Counted from the stretch's first letter, positions 1 through 13,777 are shown. The stretch: DNA of 64,000 nt from Escherichia coli (GCF_003019035.1 NZ_CP027447.1), one strand, 5' to 3'. Notes: generated from the sequence alone by a model not told the origin. Made by a program: numbers and translations.

Positions 1-192
1 CACACGCCCCTGCTGCGTTCCGACCAGAACGCCGCAACCCGTACCGCAGAAACGGCACGGCGCTTTATCCCATTTAATGGCTTCCTGCTGACCAACAACG
101 GCGCGGGCAACGCCCGGCACGCTGAGACCGGCAGCCGCCGCAGCGGCCGCAACGGCGTTAGCTTTCATAAAGCTACGACGACTGAGTTTCAT
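1..192 (-). CDS. napA: Periplasmic nitrate reductase catalytic subunit NapA, N-terminal 64 codons only (gene continues past window start)
   Basis: Reverse complement of 1..192 translates [28 protein letters not shown]... with a twin-arginine (RRSFMK) Tat signal; ATG at 192..190 overlaps the napD stop (ATGA). Confidence 0.9.
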
Positions 193-452
193 GGTGTTTC
201 CTCACCTTGCTCTTCCTGCTGGTGATAAACCAGCGACACCGCCAGCACGCCCTCTACGTTGCGTACTGACTCAATGGTTTGGATCAGCGTTTCGCTGTCT
301 TCTGCTTCCACCACCACAATCAACTGACCGCTCGGCGCGTCGCTGACAGCAACTTCACAGCCGGTAAAGGCGTTCAGTTGGGTGCTGATGTCTGAAATTC
401 GTTCGCTTTTGGCCTGCACGACCAGGCTGCAAACTTGCCAGTTAGTGTGCAT
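189..452 (-). CDS. napD: NapD, NapA signal-peptide-binding chaperone
   Basis: 87-aa [25 protein letters not shown]...; position between napF and napA. Confidence 0.92.
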
Positions 453-936
453 GGAGATACTCCGCAGTTATGGCTGATACCGGACAGCTGGCTGCACATG
501 CTCCACATCCGTTGCAAAGTTGGCTATTAAGTTGCGGCTGGTAGATCCCGGAGAGCGTCGGGCGAAAGATAATTGCCATTGGCTCACAGCTATCCTGACA
601 GCGGCGGCATTCAACTGACTGATACGCCAGGCACGCGTCCCCAATGGTGAACTGCAAATCCCAGGCCCTGGTGTGGCGCGGAGAAAATAGCGATTCGGGG
701 CAAGCCTGCGCGCAGGCGTAACAGAAGCTGCACTCGTTATTTTTGAAATTAACGCTCGGATAGCCACCCGCGCCGCGTTGCAGAATGTTGTTTTCACAAG
801 CATTAATACAGACATCACAGCGGGTGCAATGGGTCAGAAAATGAGATTCATCACCGGACCAGGGCGGACGGATACCGTTACTGGCTTTGCGCCAGCGACC
901 AGTGAGTATGCCCCGACGGGATGCATCAATCTTCAC
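442..936 (-). CDS. napF: NapF ferredoxin-type iron-sulfur protein
   Basis: 164-aa ORF with several CxxCxxCxxxCP 4Fe-4S motifs; overlaps napD start. Confidence 0.92.
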   Translation of the reverse strand: MKIDASRRGILTGRWRKASNGIRPPWSGDESHFLTHCTRCDVCINACENNILQRGAGGYPSVNFKNNECSFCYACAQACPESLFSPRHTRAWDLQFTIGDACLAYQSVECRRCQDSCEPMAIIFRPTLSGIYQPQLNSQLCNGCGACAASCPVSAITAEYLHAH

Positions 937-1322
937 ATTGACCTTCCATCATTAACGCGCTCTGAAAATTGAGAGCGACCAAATAAACCGCATAATTAAT
1001 AAGCCATTTTTATAGCCGCTAAGATATTAAAGGATGTGTCAAAGATGCATACCCCGATCGGGGTAAAACCTGTAGCAGGATCAAAAGAGTGGCGGGAAGC
1101 GTGGCAAAAACGGGCTTTTGCTCACATTTCAAATGGTTATAAACATATTTATATAGCGATTAATTCGCCAGAGATATTTCTGCTGGTTTGTTTTCTCATC
1201 AGAATTTAACACTAAAAGAGCAGGTAAAATTATCTGAATGTTCTTTAAGTTATTCATAAAGCAAATTAATAAATCTGATGAATATGTTAACCTTCAGCGA
1301 CATCATCGGTGAAAACCTATAA
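937..1322. promoter_or_regulatory. Divergent napF / eco promoter region (AT-rich intergenic)
   Basis: About 390 bp non-coding AT-rich DNA between divergent napF and eco; individual FNR/NarP sites not resolved by eye. Confidence 0.5.
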
Positions 1323-1343
1323 ATGAAGAAGGAAAGCAAAAAA

Positions 1344-1832
1344 ATGAAGACCATTCTACCTGCAGTATTGTTTGCCGCTTTCGCCACCACTTCCGCCTGG
1401 GCGGCAGAAAGCGTCCAGCCACTGGAAAAAATCGCACCTTATCCACAAGCTGAAAAAGGCATGAAGCGTCAGGTGATTCAGTTAACTCCGCAAGAAGATG
1501 AATCTACCCTGAAAGTAGAACTGTTAATCGGTCAGACGCTGGAAGTCGACTGCAATTTGCATCGTCTCGGCGGGAAGCTGGAAAGCAAAACGCTGGAAGG
1601 CTGGGGCTATGATTATTATGTCTTTGATAAAGTTAGCTCGCCGGTTTCCACGATGATGGCTTGCCCGGATGGCAAGAAAGAGAAGAAATTTGTCACCGCG
1701 TATCTGGGCGATGCTGGAATGCTGCGTTACAACAGCAAGCTGCCGATCGTGGTGTATACGCCAGACAATGTGGATGTGAAGTACCGTGTCTGGAAGGCGG
1801 AAGAGAAAATTGACAACGCGGTTGTCCGCTAA
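1344..1832 (+). CDS. eco: Ecotin, periplasmic serine protease inhibitor
   Basis: ORF track starts at 1323 (MKKESKK...); the second ATG at 1344 gives the canonical 162-aa protein [20 protein letters not shown] with signal peptide. Confidence 0.93.
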
Positions 1833-1849
1833 ACTGCTGTGAAGTGCTG

Positions 1850-1980
1850 CAACCTGTAGGCCGAATAAGGCGGTTACGCCGCATCCGACATCTAACGCCC
1901 GAGCCGGTTGCCTGATGCGACGCTGACGCGTCTTATTAGCATACGCCACATCCGGCAAACCATGCCGGATGTGGCACATC
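1850..1980. repeat. REP/BIME palindromic units between eco and mqo
   Basis: Tandem imperfect palindromes of the gccggatg...catccggc / aggcctacag class visible in sequence. Confidence 0.7.
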
Positions 1981-1981
1981 A

Positions 1982-3640
<1,659 letters not shown>

Positions 3641-3845
3641 TTACTTTTAGTCGCTTTATTGCAGGTGAGATTTGCGCGGCATCAACGGTAACACTTAAGT
3701 AACAACATTTAAATAATGTTTATAAATTATATTCTAATTTTAGAAACATTATAATTTCGTTGATTAATTATAGGGTTATTAGAAATGAAGGGATTTTTAG
3801 AATATTGACCTGGCGGCAGCAGTCCGCCAGGTCAGCGTCGAAATA

Positions 3846-5489
3846 TTATGCCGTCCGGGCAACGGCATCACGCGAAGCAGCATCGCGCTCTTCGCCTGTC
3901 AGCTCGCTAAGTTGCCCGTTGCGCATTTCCAGCAGGCGGTCAGCGTGGATAAAGTAATGATCATCATGACTGATGGCGAAAATCGTTTTACCCATCTCCT
4001 GCATCAGCGGTAGCAGCACCTGATAAAACTCACGGCGGAAGTGTGGGTCCTGATCCGCCGCCCATTCATCCAGCAGGATAATATCGCGTTCTTCTGCCAG
4101 CGCCAGCAACAGCGCGACGCGTTTTTTCTGCCCTTTTGATAACTTCAGGTTAACAATACGCCCGTTACTTAACTCAAGCTTATGAGCCATTTTCAGCTGC
4201 GCCAGCCACTTCTCAACCAGTTGCGGGTTAGCGGGTTGCCCCTCCGGCCCCAGCAGTTGATCAAACAGCCAGACATCGGTAAACACTGCCGAAAACAGTT
4301 TGCGATAATCTTCCGGTTGTTCGCCGCTGACAGGTTTGCCATCCAGCAAGATTTCGCCGCTTTGTGGCTGATACAAGCCCGTCAGCAACATCGCCAGCGT
4401 CGATTTTCCGCTACCGTTGCCACCAATCAGAAACAGCAGTTCGCCACGTTTGATGGTGAGGTTAATCGGCCCAACGGAAAACGCGTTATCCTGATAAGCA
4501 AACGTCACGTTACGCAGCTCCAGCGTTTGCCAGTTGGGAAACGCCTGCGGGCGCGGAAACTCTGCTTTGAAAGGCGCGAGCGCGAATTTGTTCAGCTTGT
4601 TAAACGCCACCTGCGCCGTCAGCAGCGTCGGCAATGCGCCAACTGCCGAAAGCAGCGGCGTACGCAGGAATAACAGCGTCAACGAATAGGTCGCGGCAAC
4701 GTTGGTATCAGCCCAACCGAGACTGTTCGCCATCCAGAACACCAGGCCGATAGCGCCCAGCATCATGATGTTTGACCAGTTCACGGCACTAAGATGGAAG
4801 GTGTCTGCGCGGATAATATGATGGCGATACTCTTGCGCATCAGGAATGTAGAGGTTGTTAAACACATACTCGGCGCGTTCCCGGTTCAGAGTCAGCTCTT
4901 TGCGCCCTTCGAGTACGGTTTGAAAATCCGTGTACAGCTTATCTTCGGTTTCACGCAGGGTCGCCATATGTTTGTACACCCGCGCCACCAGCACAAAACC
5001 GCCCCAGATGGTGACTGCCATCCAGATAGCCGTTACCAGCAACATTTTGCCCGACAGCATCCACAAATACGCCGCGGAACCGATAGTGAGAATGATCCCC
5101 TGCACCAGTTCCGGCAGACGCACAAAAGCAATGGTGATATTGCGCACATCGCTGGTTAACCCCGCCAGCAACGAAGCGCTACCAAGTTGTTCAATGCGCT
5201 CGACGTGGGTATCCAGAATCCGCTTGATAAATTCACTACGCAGTCGGTAAACGAAGTGATGCCCCAAAGTGGTGAGCGCCAGTTGCGATCCGAGAGTGAC
5301 TGCCATCAACAGCAACAATAATCCCAGAAACTCCGGCAACACCAGCAGACTGGTATCCGCCGTTTCGATAAGGCGCTGATTGATAAAAGCAATTAAGCCA
5401 ATGCCTAATGCCGCACTGGCGAGGCTTAGCGCCATCACACTGATAAATGGCCAGCGATACTGCCGCCAGACAAGTACAAGAAGTTCCAT
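3846..5489 (-). CDS. yojI: ABC transporter (fused permease/ATPase), microcin J25 efflux type
   Basis: 547-aa ORF; N-terminal TM domain, C-terminal Walker [10 protein letters not shown] and Walker [12 protein letters not shown]. Confidence 0.9.
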   Translation of the reverse strand: MELLVLVWRQYRWPFISVMALSLASAALGIGLIAFINQRLIETADTSLLVLPEFLGLLLLLMAVTLGSQLALTTLGHHFVYRLRSEFIKRILDTHVERIEQLGSASLLAGLTSDVRNITIAFVRLPELVQGIILTIGSAAYLWMLSGKMLLVTAIWMAVTIWGGFVLVARVYKHMATLRETEDKLYTDFQTVLEGRKELTLNRERAEYVFNNLYIPDAQEYRHHIIRADTFHLSAVNWSNIMMLGAIGLVFWMANSLGWADTNVAATYSLTLLFLRTPLLSAVGALPTLLTAQVAFNKLNKFALAPFKAEFPRPQAFPNWQTLELRNVTFAYQDNAFSVGPINLTIKRGELLFLIGGNGSGKSTLAMLLTGLYQPQSGEILLDGKPVSGEQPEDYRKLFSAVFTDVWLFDQLLGPEGQPANPQLVEKWLAQLKMAHKLELSNGRIVNLKLSKGQKKRVALLLALAEERDIILLDEWAADQDPHFRREFYQVLLPLMQEMGKTIFAISHDDHYFIHADRLLEMRNGQLSELTGEERDAASRDAVARTA

Positions 5490-5564
5490 GCAGAAAACCC
5501 GGACAATGAATTACAGCCCGCAGTTTAAACATCTTCGCGCGCACAGCAATAATAATTCTTATTT

Positions 5565-6215
5565 TTATTCTTTTTTACCTGCCTGACGGAATGTCAGGTT
5601 GTAGCGGCAGTCGGTGGTGAGTGGATGAAACCCCGCTTTCAACGGTTGAATGCCATGATAAAACAGCCGCGATTCACCGCCCCATACCACCACATCGCTA
5701 TGTTCCAACAACAATCTTTTTAGCGGATCATTTCGTTTCAGGCCGCCAAATTGAAAAATCGCGGGTAAGCCCAGAGAAACAGAAACAATTGGCGCGCGCA
5801 GATCCGGTTCGTCTTTATCCTGATGCAGCGACAGTTTCGCGCCAGGAACGTAGCGGTTGATCAAACAGGCATCTGGCTGGAAATCTGGATAGCCCGCCGC
5901 CGTAGCCGCACGTTGGCATAAATCATGAAAACTCTGCGGCATGGCGGGCCACGGTTTATTTGTTTGCGGATCAATGGGCGAATAGAGATAACCTTGCCGA
6001 TGGGTCGTCCAGCCCAGATGCCCACAGTTGGTCATCGCCACCGACATGGTATATCCGCCTGGAGTGACCATCTGGCGAAACGGCGACTGGCTGGCAACGT
6101 CATTAATATCGCGTATCAGTTGCTCCGCAGCGTTAAAAGCAAAACGGTGCAAAATCACCGCTCCAGCCGCCAGTGGTTCTTGCCACGGTTCAGCATCAGC
6201 AAACAGATCCAACAT
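5565..6215 (-). CDS. alkB: AlkB, Fe(II)/2-oxoglutarate-dependent DNA/RNA demethylase
   Basis: 216-aa ORF MLDLFADAEPWQEPLAAGAVIL...; downstream of and overlapping ada. Confidence 0.95.
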   Translation of the reverse strand: MLDLFADAEPWQEPLAAGAVILHRFAFNAAEQLIRDINDVASQSPFRQMVTPGGYTMSVAMTNCGHLGWTTHRQGYLYSPIDPQTNKPWPAMPQSFHDLCQRAATAAGYPDFQPDACLINRYVPGAKLSLHQDKDEPDLRAPIVSVSLGLPAIFQFGGLKRNDPLKRLLLEHSDVVVWGGESRLFYHGIQPLKAGFHPLTTDCRYNLTFRQAGKKE

Positions 6216-7279
6216 TACCTTTCCTCATTTTCAGCTTCGCGGCGCAGCAGTTGCGCTTTGCGCGACACGCCCCAGCGGTAACCGGAAAGTGTGCCATCAC
6301 CACGGACCACCCGATGACAGGGTATTATGATAGCCAGCTTGTTGGCGGCACAGGCACTGGCAACGGCCCGTACCGCTTTCGGTTTGCCGATGGCATTAGC
6401 CAGTTGCTGATAACTGACGGTTTCACCGCAAGGTATCGTGCGCAGGGCCTGCCAGACTTGTTGCTGAAAAGCAGTGCCGCGAATGTCCAGCGGTAACGTC
6501 AGCGGCGTATCGCGTTGATTGAGGCTGGCGATCACTTCACGCACATGTTGCTGAAACGTAAGATCAGCAGGCGCGCTGTCGGCAGCGGGAAACATCTGCT
6601 GCAACTCGCTGATTAATGTCGCGTCATCATCGCCCAGCAATATCGCGCAAATCCCCCGCTCGCTTTCTGCCACCAGGCAACGACCCAGCTCACAATCAGC
6701 CAGCGCGTAACGCACCGCCAGATTTTCGCCACCGTGACGGAATTGTTTAGCCGTCATGCCCAGCGTTTCGTCGGCTTTGCGGTAGTAACTGCTGCTGTCG
6801 GGGAATCCGGCGTTAAGAATAGATGTAGTCACGCTCTCCCCTTTCGCCAGCAATTCGCGCAAACGGCGAGCGCGCCAGGCCTGTTGCCAGGCTTTAGGCG
6901 TCATTCCGGTAGTCGCTTTAAACAACCGATGCAAATGAAATGGACTCATCGCCACCTGGTCGGCTAAGGCTTCCAGCGTTACAGGCGTTTCCTGTTCCAG
7001 AAGTCGGCAGGCGTGGGTAATTTTATCAAGGCGATGTTGCTGGGCATTGGCTTTGTCTGGCTGACAACGTTTGCAGGGGCGAAATCCGGCGGCGAGTGCC
7101 TCGCTGGCATTTGCGTAGAAGGAGACATTTTCCCGCAAGGCATGTCTGGCGCGGCAAGACGGACGGCAAAAGATACCTGTGGTGCGCACGGCGAAAACGA
7201 ATTCGCCGTCGGCATTCGGGTCGCGGGCTAAGACAGATTGCCAGCGTTGATCGTCTGTTAAGCATGTGGCGTTTTTCAT
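6215..7279 (-). CDS. ada: Ada, bifunctional methyltransferase / transcriptional activator
   Basis: 354-aa ORF with N-terminal Cys-rich FCRPSCRAR and C-terminal PCHRV active-site motif. Confidence 0.95.
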   Translation of the reverse strand: MKNATCLTDDQRWQSVLARDPNADGEFVFAVRTTGIFCRPSCRARHALRENVSFYANASEALAAGFRPCKRCQPDKANAQQHRLDKITHACRLLEQETPVTLEALADQVAMSPFHLHRLFKATTGMTPKAWQQAWRARRLRELLAKGESVTTSILNAGFPDSSSYYRKADETLGMTAKQFRHGGENLAVRYALADCELGRCLVAESERGICAILLGDDDATLISELQQMFPAADSAPADLTFQQHVREVIASLNQRDTPLTLPLDIRGTAFQQQVWQALRTIPCGETVSYQQLANAIGKPKAVRAVASACAANKLAIIIPCHRVVRGDGTLSGYRWGVSRKAQLLRREAENEER

Positions 7280-7346
7280 AATCTGCTCCCTGGTTAAGGA
7301 TAGCCTTTAGTCTGCCCGGTCACCATCGCGCAAAAACCAACAATCT

Positions 7347-7359
7347 TGCGCTTTAATTT
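7347..7359 (-). promoter_or_regulatory. Ada box in the ada promoter
   Basis: Reverse complement reads AAATTAAAGCGCA (AAANNAAAGCGCA consensus), about 70 bp upstream of the ada ATG. Confidence 0.7.
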
Positions 7360-8408
7360 TTTTCGCTGATAAGGAAGCTTTTAAACTGCGGCGACATCCA
7401 GGTTTTAAAGCTATCGCCCTCTTTGGTGATCATATAGACCGCCAGCCCTTCCCGGCGAACAACTTCTTTGGCTTTATCCGGCCCGAGCACCATCAAACCT
7501 GTGTCCCAGGCGTCGGCTTCCAGCGCCGTCGGGGCAATCACCGTCACGGATACCAGATTATGTTCAATGGGACGCCCGGTTTGCGGATCGATAACATGAG
7601 AAAGACGTTTGCCGTCCAGTTCGTAATAGTTACGGTAGCTGCCAGAGGTGCTAATGCCATGACCGTTGATATCCACCACGGCCTGAACCGCGTTTTCTTT
7701 ATCGGTTGGTTTTTGAATCGCTACCCGCCACGGCTGGCCTTCACCGTTCATACCACGGCTGTTCAGCGCGCCGCCCACCGACACCAGATAGCGGGAAATC
7801 CCTTCCTGCTCCATCAAGCGTGCCAGATGATCCGCCGCATAGCCTTCGCCGACGGTAGAGAGATCGACATATAAATCCGGCAGGTTTTTTTGCAGATATT
7901 GCTGATGCGACTGATTAATGACCGTCAGGTGCTGTAAGCCGGTTTTGGCTTTCATCGCATCGATCTGTTCCTGACTCGGAATTTGAACCGGCTGTTGTTC
8001 CGGACCGAAACCCCACAGATTCACCAGCGGCCCGACGGTTATATCCATCGCGCCATCGGTCTTCGCGCCAATGCGTAGCGAGGTGGTGACGATATCGGCC
8101 ATCGCTTCACTTACTGGCCACGGCGACAAACTTTGCGAGTCGTTAAAGCGCATCAGCGCGGAATCTTTTTTATAGGTCGAAAGCAGCTGATCGTCGGCGT
8201 CCAGCTGGGTCTGAATCTTTTCTTTAAGTTCGGCACTGCGTTTGGCGTCAATGCCCGGGATGCTGGCACGCCAGAAGGTACCCATAGTTTTGCCTTCAAG
8301 AACGGTAACTTCAGTAGCGTGGGTTTTGGCGGGTTGTGGTTTTTGATCGCAACCAACAAAGAAGAGCGCGGCAGCCAGCAGTGCCACGCGGGTAAAGCTT
8401 ATTTCCAT
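7353..8408 (-). CDS. apbE: FAD:protein FMN transferase lipoprotein (ApbE/Ftp)
   Basis: 351-aa ORF; N-terminus MEISFTRVALLAAALFFVGC has a lipobox (VGC). Confidence 0.9.
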   Translation of the reverse strand: MEISFTRVALLAAALFFVGCDQKPQPAKTHATEVTVLEGKTMGTFWRASIPGIDAKRSAELKEKIQTQLDADDQLLSTYKKDSALMRFNDSQSLSPWPVSEAMADIVTTSLRIGAKTDGAMDITVGPLVNLWGFGPEQQPVQIPSQEQIDAMKAKTGLQHLTVINQSHQQYLQKNLPDLYVDLSTVGEGYAADHLARLMEQEGISRYLVSVGGALNSRGMNGEGQPWRVAIQKPTDKENAVQAVVDINGHGISTSGSYRNYYELDGKRLSHVIDPQTGRPIEHNLVSVTVIAPTALEADAWDTGLMVLGPDKAKEVVRREGLAVYMITKEGDSFKTWMSPQFKSFLISEKN

Positions 8409-8478
8409 ACGTGATTATCCTCATGCGAACGGTCGCAAGAGTACACCAAAAAACTGAGTTTGTACGCTGAAAACAATG

Positions 8479-8502
8479 AAAAAAGGGCCCGCAGGCCCTT
8501 TG
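8479..8502 (-). terminator. Rho-independent terminator of ompC
   Basis: GGGCCTGCGGGCCC hairpin followed by a T-run on the minus strand just after the ompC stop. Confidence 0.8.
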
Positions 8503-8519
8503 TTCGATATAAATCGAGA

Positions 8520-9629
<1,110 letters not shown>

Positions 9630-9719
9630 TTATATGCCTTTATTTGCTTTTTTATGCCACTGCATACTGATTAACCCTCATTAATCAGTCGGCAGGTCCA
9701 TTCTCCCCAAAAATGCAGA

Positions 9720-9800
9720 ATAATCCAACACGAATATGATACTAAAACTTTTAAGATGTTTCATTTATCGCTATAGATGTTTCAAAATGTAAATGCAAGG
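9720..9800 (-). promoter_or_regulatory. ompC promoter with OmpR-binding sites
   Basis: Minus strand reads TTTACATTTTGAAACATCTATAGCGATAAATGAAACATCTTAAAAGTTTTAGTATCAT, matching the ompC OmpR-box region. Confidence 0.7.
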
Positions 9801-9948
9801 GAACTTTTTAAGATTATTGCGGAATGGCGAAATAAGCACCTAACATCAAGCAATAATAATTCAAGGTTAAAATCAATAACTTATTCTTAAGTATTTGACA
9901 GCACTGAATGTCAAAACAAAACCTTCACTCGCAACTAGAATATCTCCC

Positions 9949-10041
9949 GCTATCATCATTAACTTTATTTATTACCGTCATTCATTTCTGAATGTCTGTT
10001 TACCCCTATTTCAACCGGATGCCTCGCATCCGGTTTTTTTT
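9949..10041 (+). ncRNA. micF: MicF antisense sRNA (represses ompF)
   Basis: GCTATCATCATTAACTTTATTTATTACCGTCATTCATTTCTGAATGTCTGTTTACCCCTATTTCAACCGGATGCCTCGCATCCGGTTTTTTTT; divergent from ompC, ends in hairpin plus T-run. Confidence 0.9.
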
Positions 10042-10352
10042 ACCCTTCTTTACACACTTTTCATTATTCTGTGCTACCACAGAAAAACTATAACGCTTGT
10101 TAACTATTTCACAAATAATTAACATCAGCATAATTTCCAGCAATCTTCGTTTATTTGCAATTAATTTCATTGGGCTTTTTGTAGGTTATTTGTACAGCAA
10201 AATGGCGCTTGTACATCTATTTCCCCCAATGCAGGATGATAAATATCACGGGAGAATAGAAAATCATCAATCAGGTAAGAGTCTGGAATTTCACACTGTA
10301 CCCTTTATACTGCCCTATCACTTCGCGAAGTTTTAACAGGTCATAAACACGA

Positions 10353-13025
10353 ATGCGTCAGAAAGAGACAACGGCCACGACCCGCTTTTCACTCCTACCG
10401 GGGAGCATTACCCGCTTCTTTTTACTGTTGATCATTGTGTTACTGGTGACGATGGGGGTAATGGTACAAAGTGCCGTTAACGCCTGGCTGAAAGATAAAA
10501 GTTACCAGATTGTCGACATTACCCACGCAATCCAAAAGCGCGTCGATACCTGGCGTTACGTGACCTGGCAGATCTACGACAACATTGCCGCGACGACCTC
10601 CCCCTCCTCCGGCGAAGGTTTACAAGAGACGCGCCTGAAACAGGATGTCTACTATCTGGAGAAACCACGCCGCAAAACGGAAGCGTTAATCTTTGGCTCT
10701 CACGACAACTCAACGCTTGAGATGACTCAACGGATGTCCACCTATCTGGACACATTGTGGGGCGCAGAAAATGTACCGTGGTCGATGTATTACCTGAATG
10801 GTCAGGATAACAGTCTGGTGCTGATCTCAACCCTGCCCCTCAAAGATCTCACCTCCGGATTTAAAGAATCGACCGTCAGCGACATTGTTGATTCACGTCG
10901 TGCAGAGATGTTGCAACAGGCCAACGCCCTCGATGAACGCGAAAGTTTTTCTAACATGCGCCGCCTGGCCTGGCAGAACGGTCATTACTTTACCTTGCGT
11001 ACCACGTTCAACCAGCCAGGACATCTGGCAACGGTCGTGGCTTTTGATCTGCCGATTAATGATTTGATCCCACCGGGTATGCCGCTGGACAGTTTCCGCC
11101 TTGAGCCAGACGCGACGGCAACGGGAAACAATGATAATGAGAAAGAAGGGACGGATAGCGTCAGTATCCACTTTAACAGTACGAAGATTGAAATCTCCTC
11201 GGCACTCAACTCTACCGATATGCGCCTGGTCTGGCAGGTTCCTTATGGCACCTTATTGCTGGATACGTTGCAAAACATTCTGCTGCCACTGCTGCTGAAC
11301 ATCGGTTTGCTGGCGCTGGCGTTATTTGGCTATACCACATTCCGCCATTTCTCCAGCCGCAGTACAGAAAGCGTCCCCAGCACGGCGGTCAATAACGAAT
11401 TGCGCATTTTACGGGCAATTAATGAAGAGATAGTCTCACTGCTGCCGCTCGGCCTGCTGGTTCACGATCAGGAATCGAACCGCACAGTCATAAGTAACAA
11501 AATTGCCGATCATTTGCTGCCGCATTTGAATCTGCAAAACATCACCACCATGGCGGAACAGCATCAGGGGATTATTCAGGCGACGATCAATAACGAGCTG
11601 TATGAGATCCGCATGTTCCGCAGCCAGGTTGCGCCGCGCACACAAATTTTCATTATTCGCGATCAGGATCGCGAAGTGCTGGTAAACAAGAAACTCAAGC
11701 AGGCGCAGCGTCTGTATGAGAAAAACCAGCAGGGGCGGATGACCTTTATGAAAAACATTGGCGATGCGCTGAAAGAACCCGCACAGTCCCTGGCGGAGAG
11801 CGCGGCTAAACTCAACGCCCCGGAAGGCAAACAACTGGCGAATCAGGCAGATGTGCTGGTGCGGCTGGTCGATGAAATACAGTTAGCGAACATGCTTGCG
11901 GACGATAGCTGGAAAAGTGAGACGGTGCTGTTCTCCGTGCAGGATTTGATTGATGAAGTTGTGCCTTCAGTGTTGCCTGCCATCAAGCGTAAAGGTCTGC
12001 AACTGCTGATTAACAATCATCTGAAAGCACACGATATGCGCCGCGGCGATCGCGATGCCTTACGACGTATTTTGCTGCTACTGATGCAATATGCCGTGAC
12101 CTCAACGCAATTAGGAAAAATCACCCTTGAGGTTGATCAGGATGAGTCCTCCGAAGACCGCCTGACGTTCCGCATTCTGGACACGGGAGAAGGCGTAAAT
12201 ATTCATGAAATGGATAATTTGCACTTCCCGTTTATCAACCAGACCCAAAACGATCGCTATGGCAAGGCGGACCCGCTGGCATTCTGGCTGAGCGATCAAC
12301 TGGCGCGTAAACTGGGCGGTCATTTAAACATCAAAACGCGGGATGGGCTTGGTACACGCTACTCTGTGCATATCAAAATGCTCGCAGCTGACCCGGAAGT
12401 TGAAGAGGAAGAAGAGCGTTTACTGGATGATGTCTGCGTAATGGTGGATGTTACTTCGGCAGAAATTCGGAATATTGTCACTCGCCAGTTAGAAAATTGG
12501 GGTGCAACCTGTATCACACCCGATGAAAGATTAATTAGTCAAGATTATGATATCTTTTTAACGGATAATCCGTCTAATCTTACTGCCTCTGGCTTGCTTT
12601 TAAGCGATGATGAGTCTGGCGTACGGGAAATTGGGCCTGGTCAATTGTGCGTCAACTTCAATATGAGCAACGCTATGCAGGAAGCGGTCTTACAATTAAT
12701 TGAAGTGCAACTGGCGCAGGAAGAGGTGACAGAATCGCCTCTGGGCGGAGATGAAAATGCGCAACTCCATGCCAGCGGCTATTATGCGCTCTTTGTAGAC
12801 ACAGTACCGGATGATGTTAAGAGGCTGTATACTGAAGCAGCAACCAGTGACTTTGCTGCGTTAGCCCAAACGGCTCATCGTCTTAAAGGCGTATTTGCCA
12901 TGCTAAATCTGGTACCCGGCAAGCAGTTATGTGAAACGCTGGAACATCTGATTCGTGAGAAGGATGTTCCAGGAATAGAAAAATACATCAGCGACATTGA
13001 CAGTTATGTCAAGAGCTTGCTGTAG
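10353..13025 (+). CDS. rcsD: RcsD phosphotransfer protein of the Rcs phosphorelay
   Basis: 890-aa ORF MRQKETTATTRFSLLPGSITRFF...; C-terminal HPt domain (AQTAHRLKG). Confidence 0.93.
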   Translation: MRQKETTATTRFSLLPGSITRFFLLLIIVLLVTMGVMVQSAVNAWLKDKSYQIVDITHAIQKRVDTWRYVTWQIYDNIAATTSPSSGEGLQETRLKQDVYYLEKPRRKTEALIFGSHDNSTLEMTQRMSTYLDTLWGAENVPWSMYYLNGQDNSLVLISTLPLKDLTSGFKESTVSDIVDSRRAEMLQQANALDERESFSNMRRLAWQNGHYFTLRTTFNQPGHLATVVAFDLPINDLIPPGMPLDSFRLEPDATATGNNDNEKEGTDSVSIHFNSTKIEISSALNSTDMRLVWQVPYGTLLLDTLQNILLPLLLNIGLLALALFGYTTFRHFSSRSTESVPSTAVNNELRILRAINEEIVSLLPLGLLVHDQESNRTVISNKIADHLLPHLNLQNITTMAEQHQGIIQATINNELYEIRMFRSQVAPRTQIFIIRDQDREVLVNKKLKQAQRLYEKNQQGRMTFMKNIGDALKEPAQSLAESAAKLNAPEGKQLANQADVLVRLVDEIQLANMLADDSWKSETVLFSVQDLIDEVVPSVLPAIKRKGLQLLINNHLKAHDMRRGDRDALRRILLLLMQYAVTSTQLGKITLEVDQDESSEDRLTFRILDTGEGVNIHEMDNLHFPFINQTQNDRYGKADPLAFWLSDQLARKLGGHLNIKTRDGLGTRYSVHIKMLAADPEVEEEEERLLDDVCVMVDVTSAEIRNIVTRQLENWGATCITPDERLISQDYDIFLTDNPSNLTASGLLLSDDESGVREIGPGQLCVNFNMSNAMQEAVLQLIEVQLAQEEVTESPLGGDENAQLHASGYYALFVDTVPDDVKRLYTEAATSDFAALAQTAHRLKGVFAMLNLVPGKQLCETLEHLIREKDVPGIEKYISDIDSYVKSLL

Positions 13026-13041
13026 CAAGGTAGCCTATTAC

Positions 13042-13692
13042 ATGAACAATATGAACGTAATTATTGCCGATGACCATCCGATAGTCTTGTTCGGTATTCG
13101 CAAATCACTTGAGCAAATTGAGTGGGTGAATGTTGTCGGCGAATTTGAAGACTCTACAGCACTGATCAACAACCTGCCGAAACTGGATGCGCATGTGTTG
13201 ATTACCGATCTCTCCATGCCTGGCGATAAGTACGGCGATGGAATTACCTTAATCAAGTACATCAAGCGCCATTTCCCAAGCCTGTCGATCATTGTTCTGA
13301 CCATGAACAACAACCCGGCGATTCTTAGTGCGGTATTGGATCTGGATATCGAGGGGATCGTGCTGAAACAAGGTGCACCGACCGATCTGCCGAAAGCTCT
13401 CGCCGCGCTGCAGAAAGGGAAGAAATTTACCCCGGAAAGCGTTTCTCGCCTGTTGGAAAAAATCAGTGCTGGTGGTTACGGTGACAAGCGTCTCTCGCCA
13501 AAAGAGAGTGAAGTTCTGCGCCTGTTTGCGGAAGGCTTCCTGGTGACCGAGATCGCTAAAAAGCTGAACCGCAGTATTAAAACCATCAGTAGCCAGAAGA
13601 AATCTGCGATGATGAAGCTGGGTGTCGAGAACGATATCGCTCTGCTGAATTATCTCTCTTCAGTGACGTTAAGTCCGGCAGATAAAGACTAA
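13042..13692 (+). CDS. rcsB: RcsB response regulator (LuxR/FixJ family)
   Basis: ORF track starts at 12997; the ATG at 13042 gives the canonical 216-aa MNNMNVIIADDHPIVLFGIRKSLEQ... Confidence 0.93.
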   Translation: MNNMNVIIADDHPIVLFGIRKSLEQIEWVNVVGEFEDSTALINNLPKLDAHVLITDLSMPGDKYGDGITLIKYIKRHFPSLSIIVLTMNNNPAILSAVLDLDIEGIVLKQGAPTDLPKALAALQKGKKFTPESVSRLLEKISAGGYGDKRLSPKESEVLRLFAEGFLVTEIAKKLNRSIKTISSQKKSAMMKLGVENDIALLNYLSSVTLSPADKD

Positions 13693-13694
13693 TC

Positions 13695-13777
13695 ACCTGT
13701 AGGCCAGATAAGACGCGTCAGTGTCTTATCTGGCATTTGCACTGAATGCCAGATGCGGCGTAAACGCCTTATCCGTC
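13695..13777. repeat. REP palindromic units between convergent rcsB and rcsC
   Basis: cctgtaggccagataagacgcg...gccagatgcggcgtaaacgccttatcc imperfect palindromes. Confidence 0.65.

Noticed and set aside
3800-3840. Hairpin CCTGGCGGcagcagtCCGCCAGG as a terminator
   Set aside because: Strong stem, but no T-run on either strand; may be a structural element after yojI rather than a rho-independent terminator.
4182-4673. 163-aa ORF on the plus strand
   Set aside because: Antisense inside yojI; Arg/Gln-rich low-complexity translation.
10097-10336. 79-aa ORF in the ompC-rcsD intergenic region
   Set aside because: Sits in AT-rich regulatory DNA immediately upstream of rcsD with no ribosome-binding site; more likely the rcsD promoter/leader.
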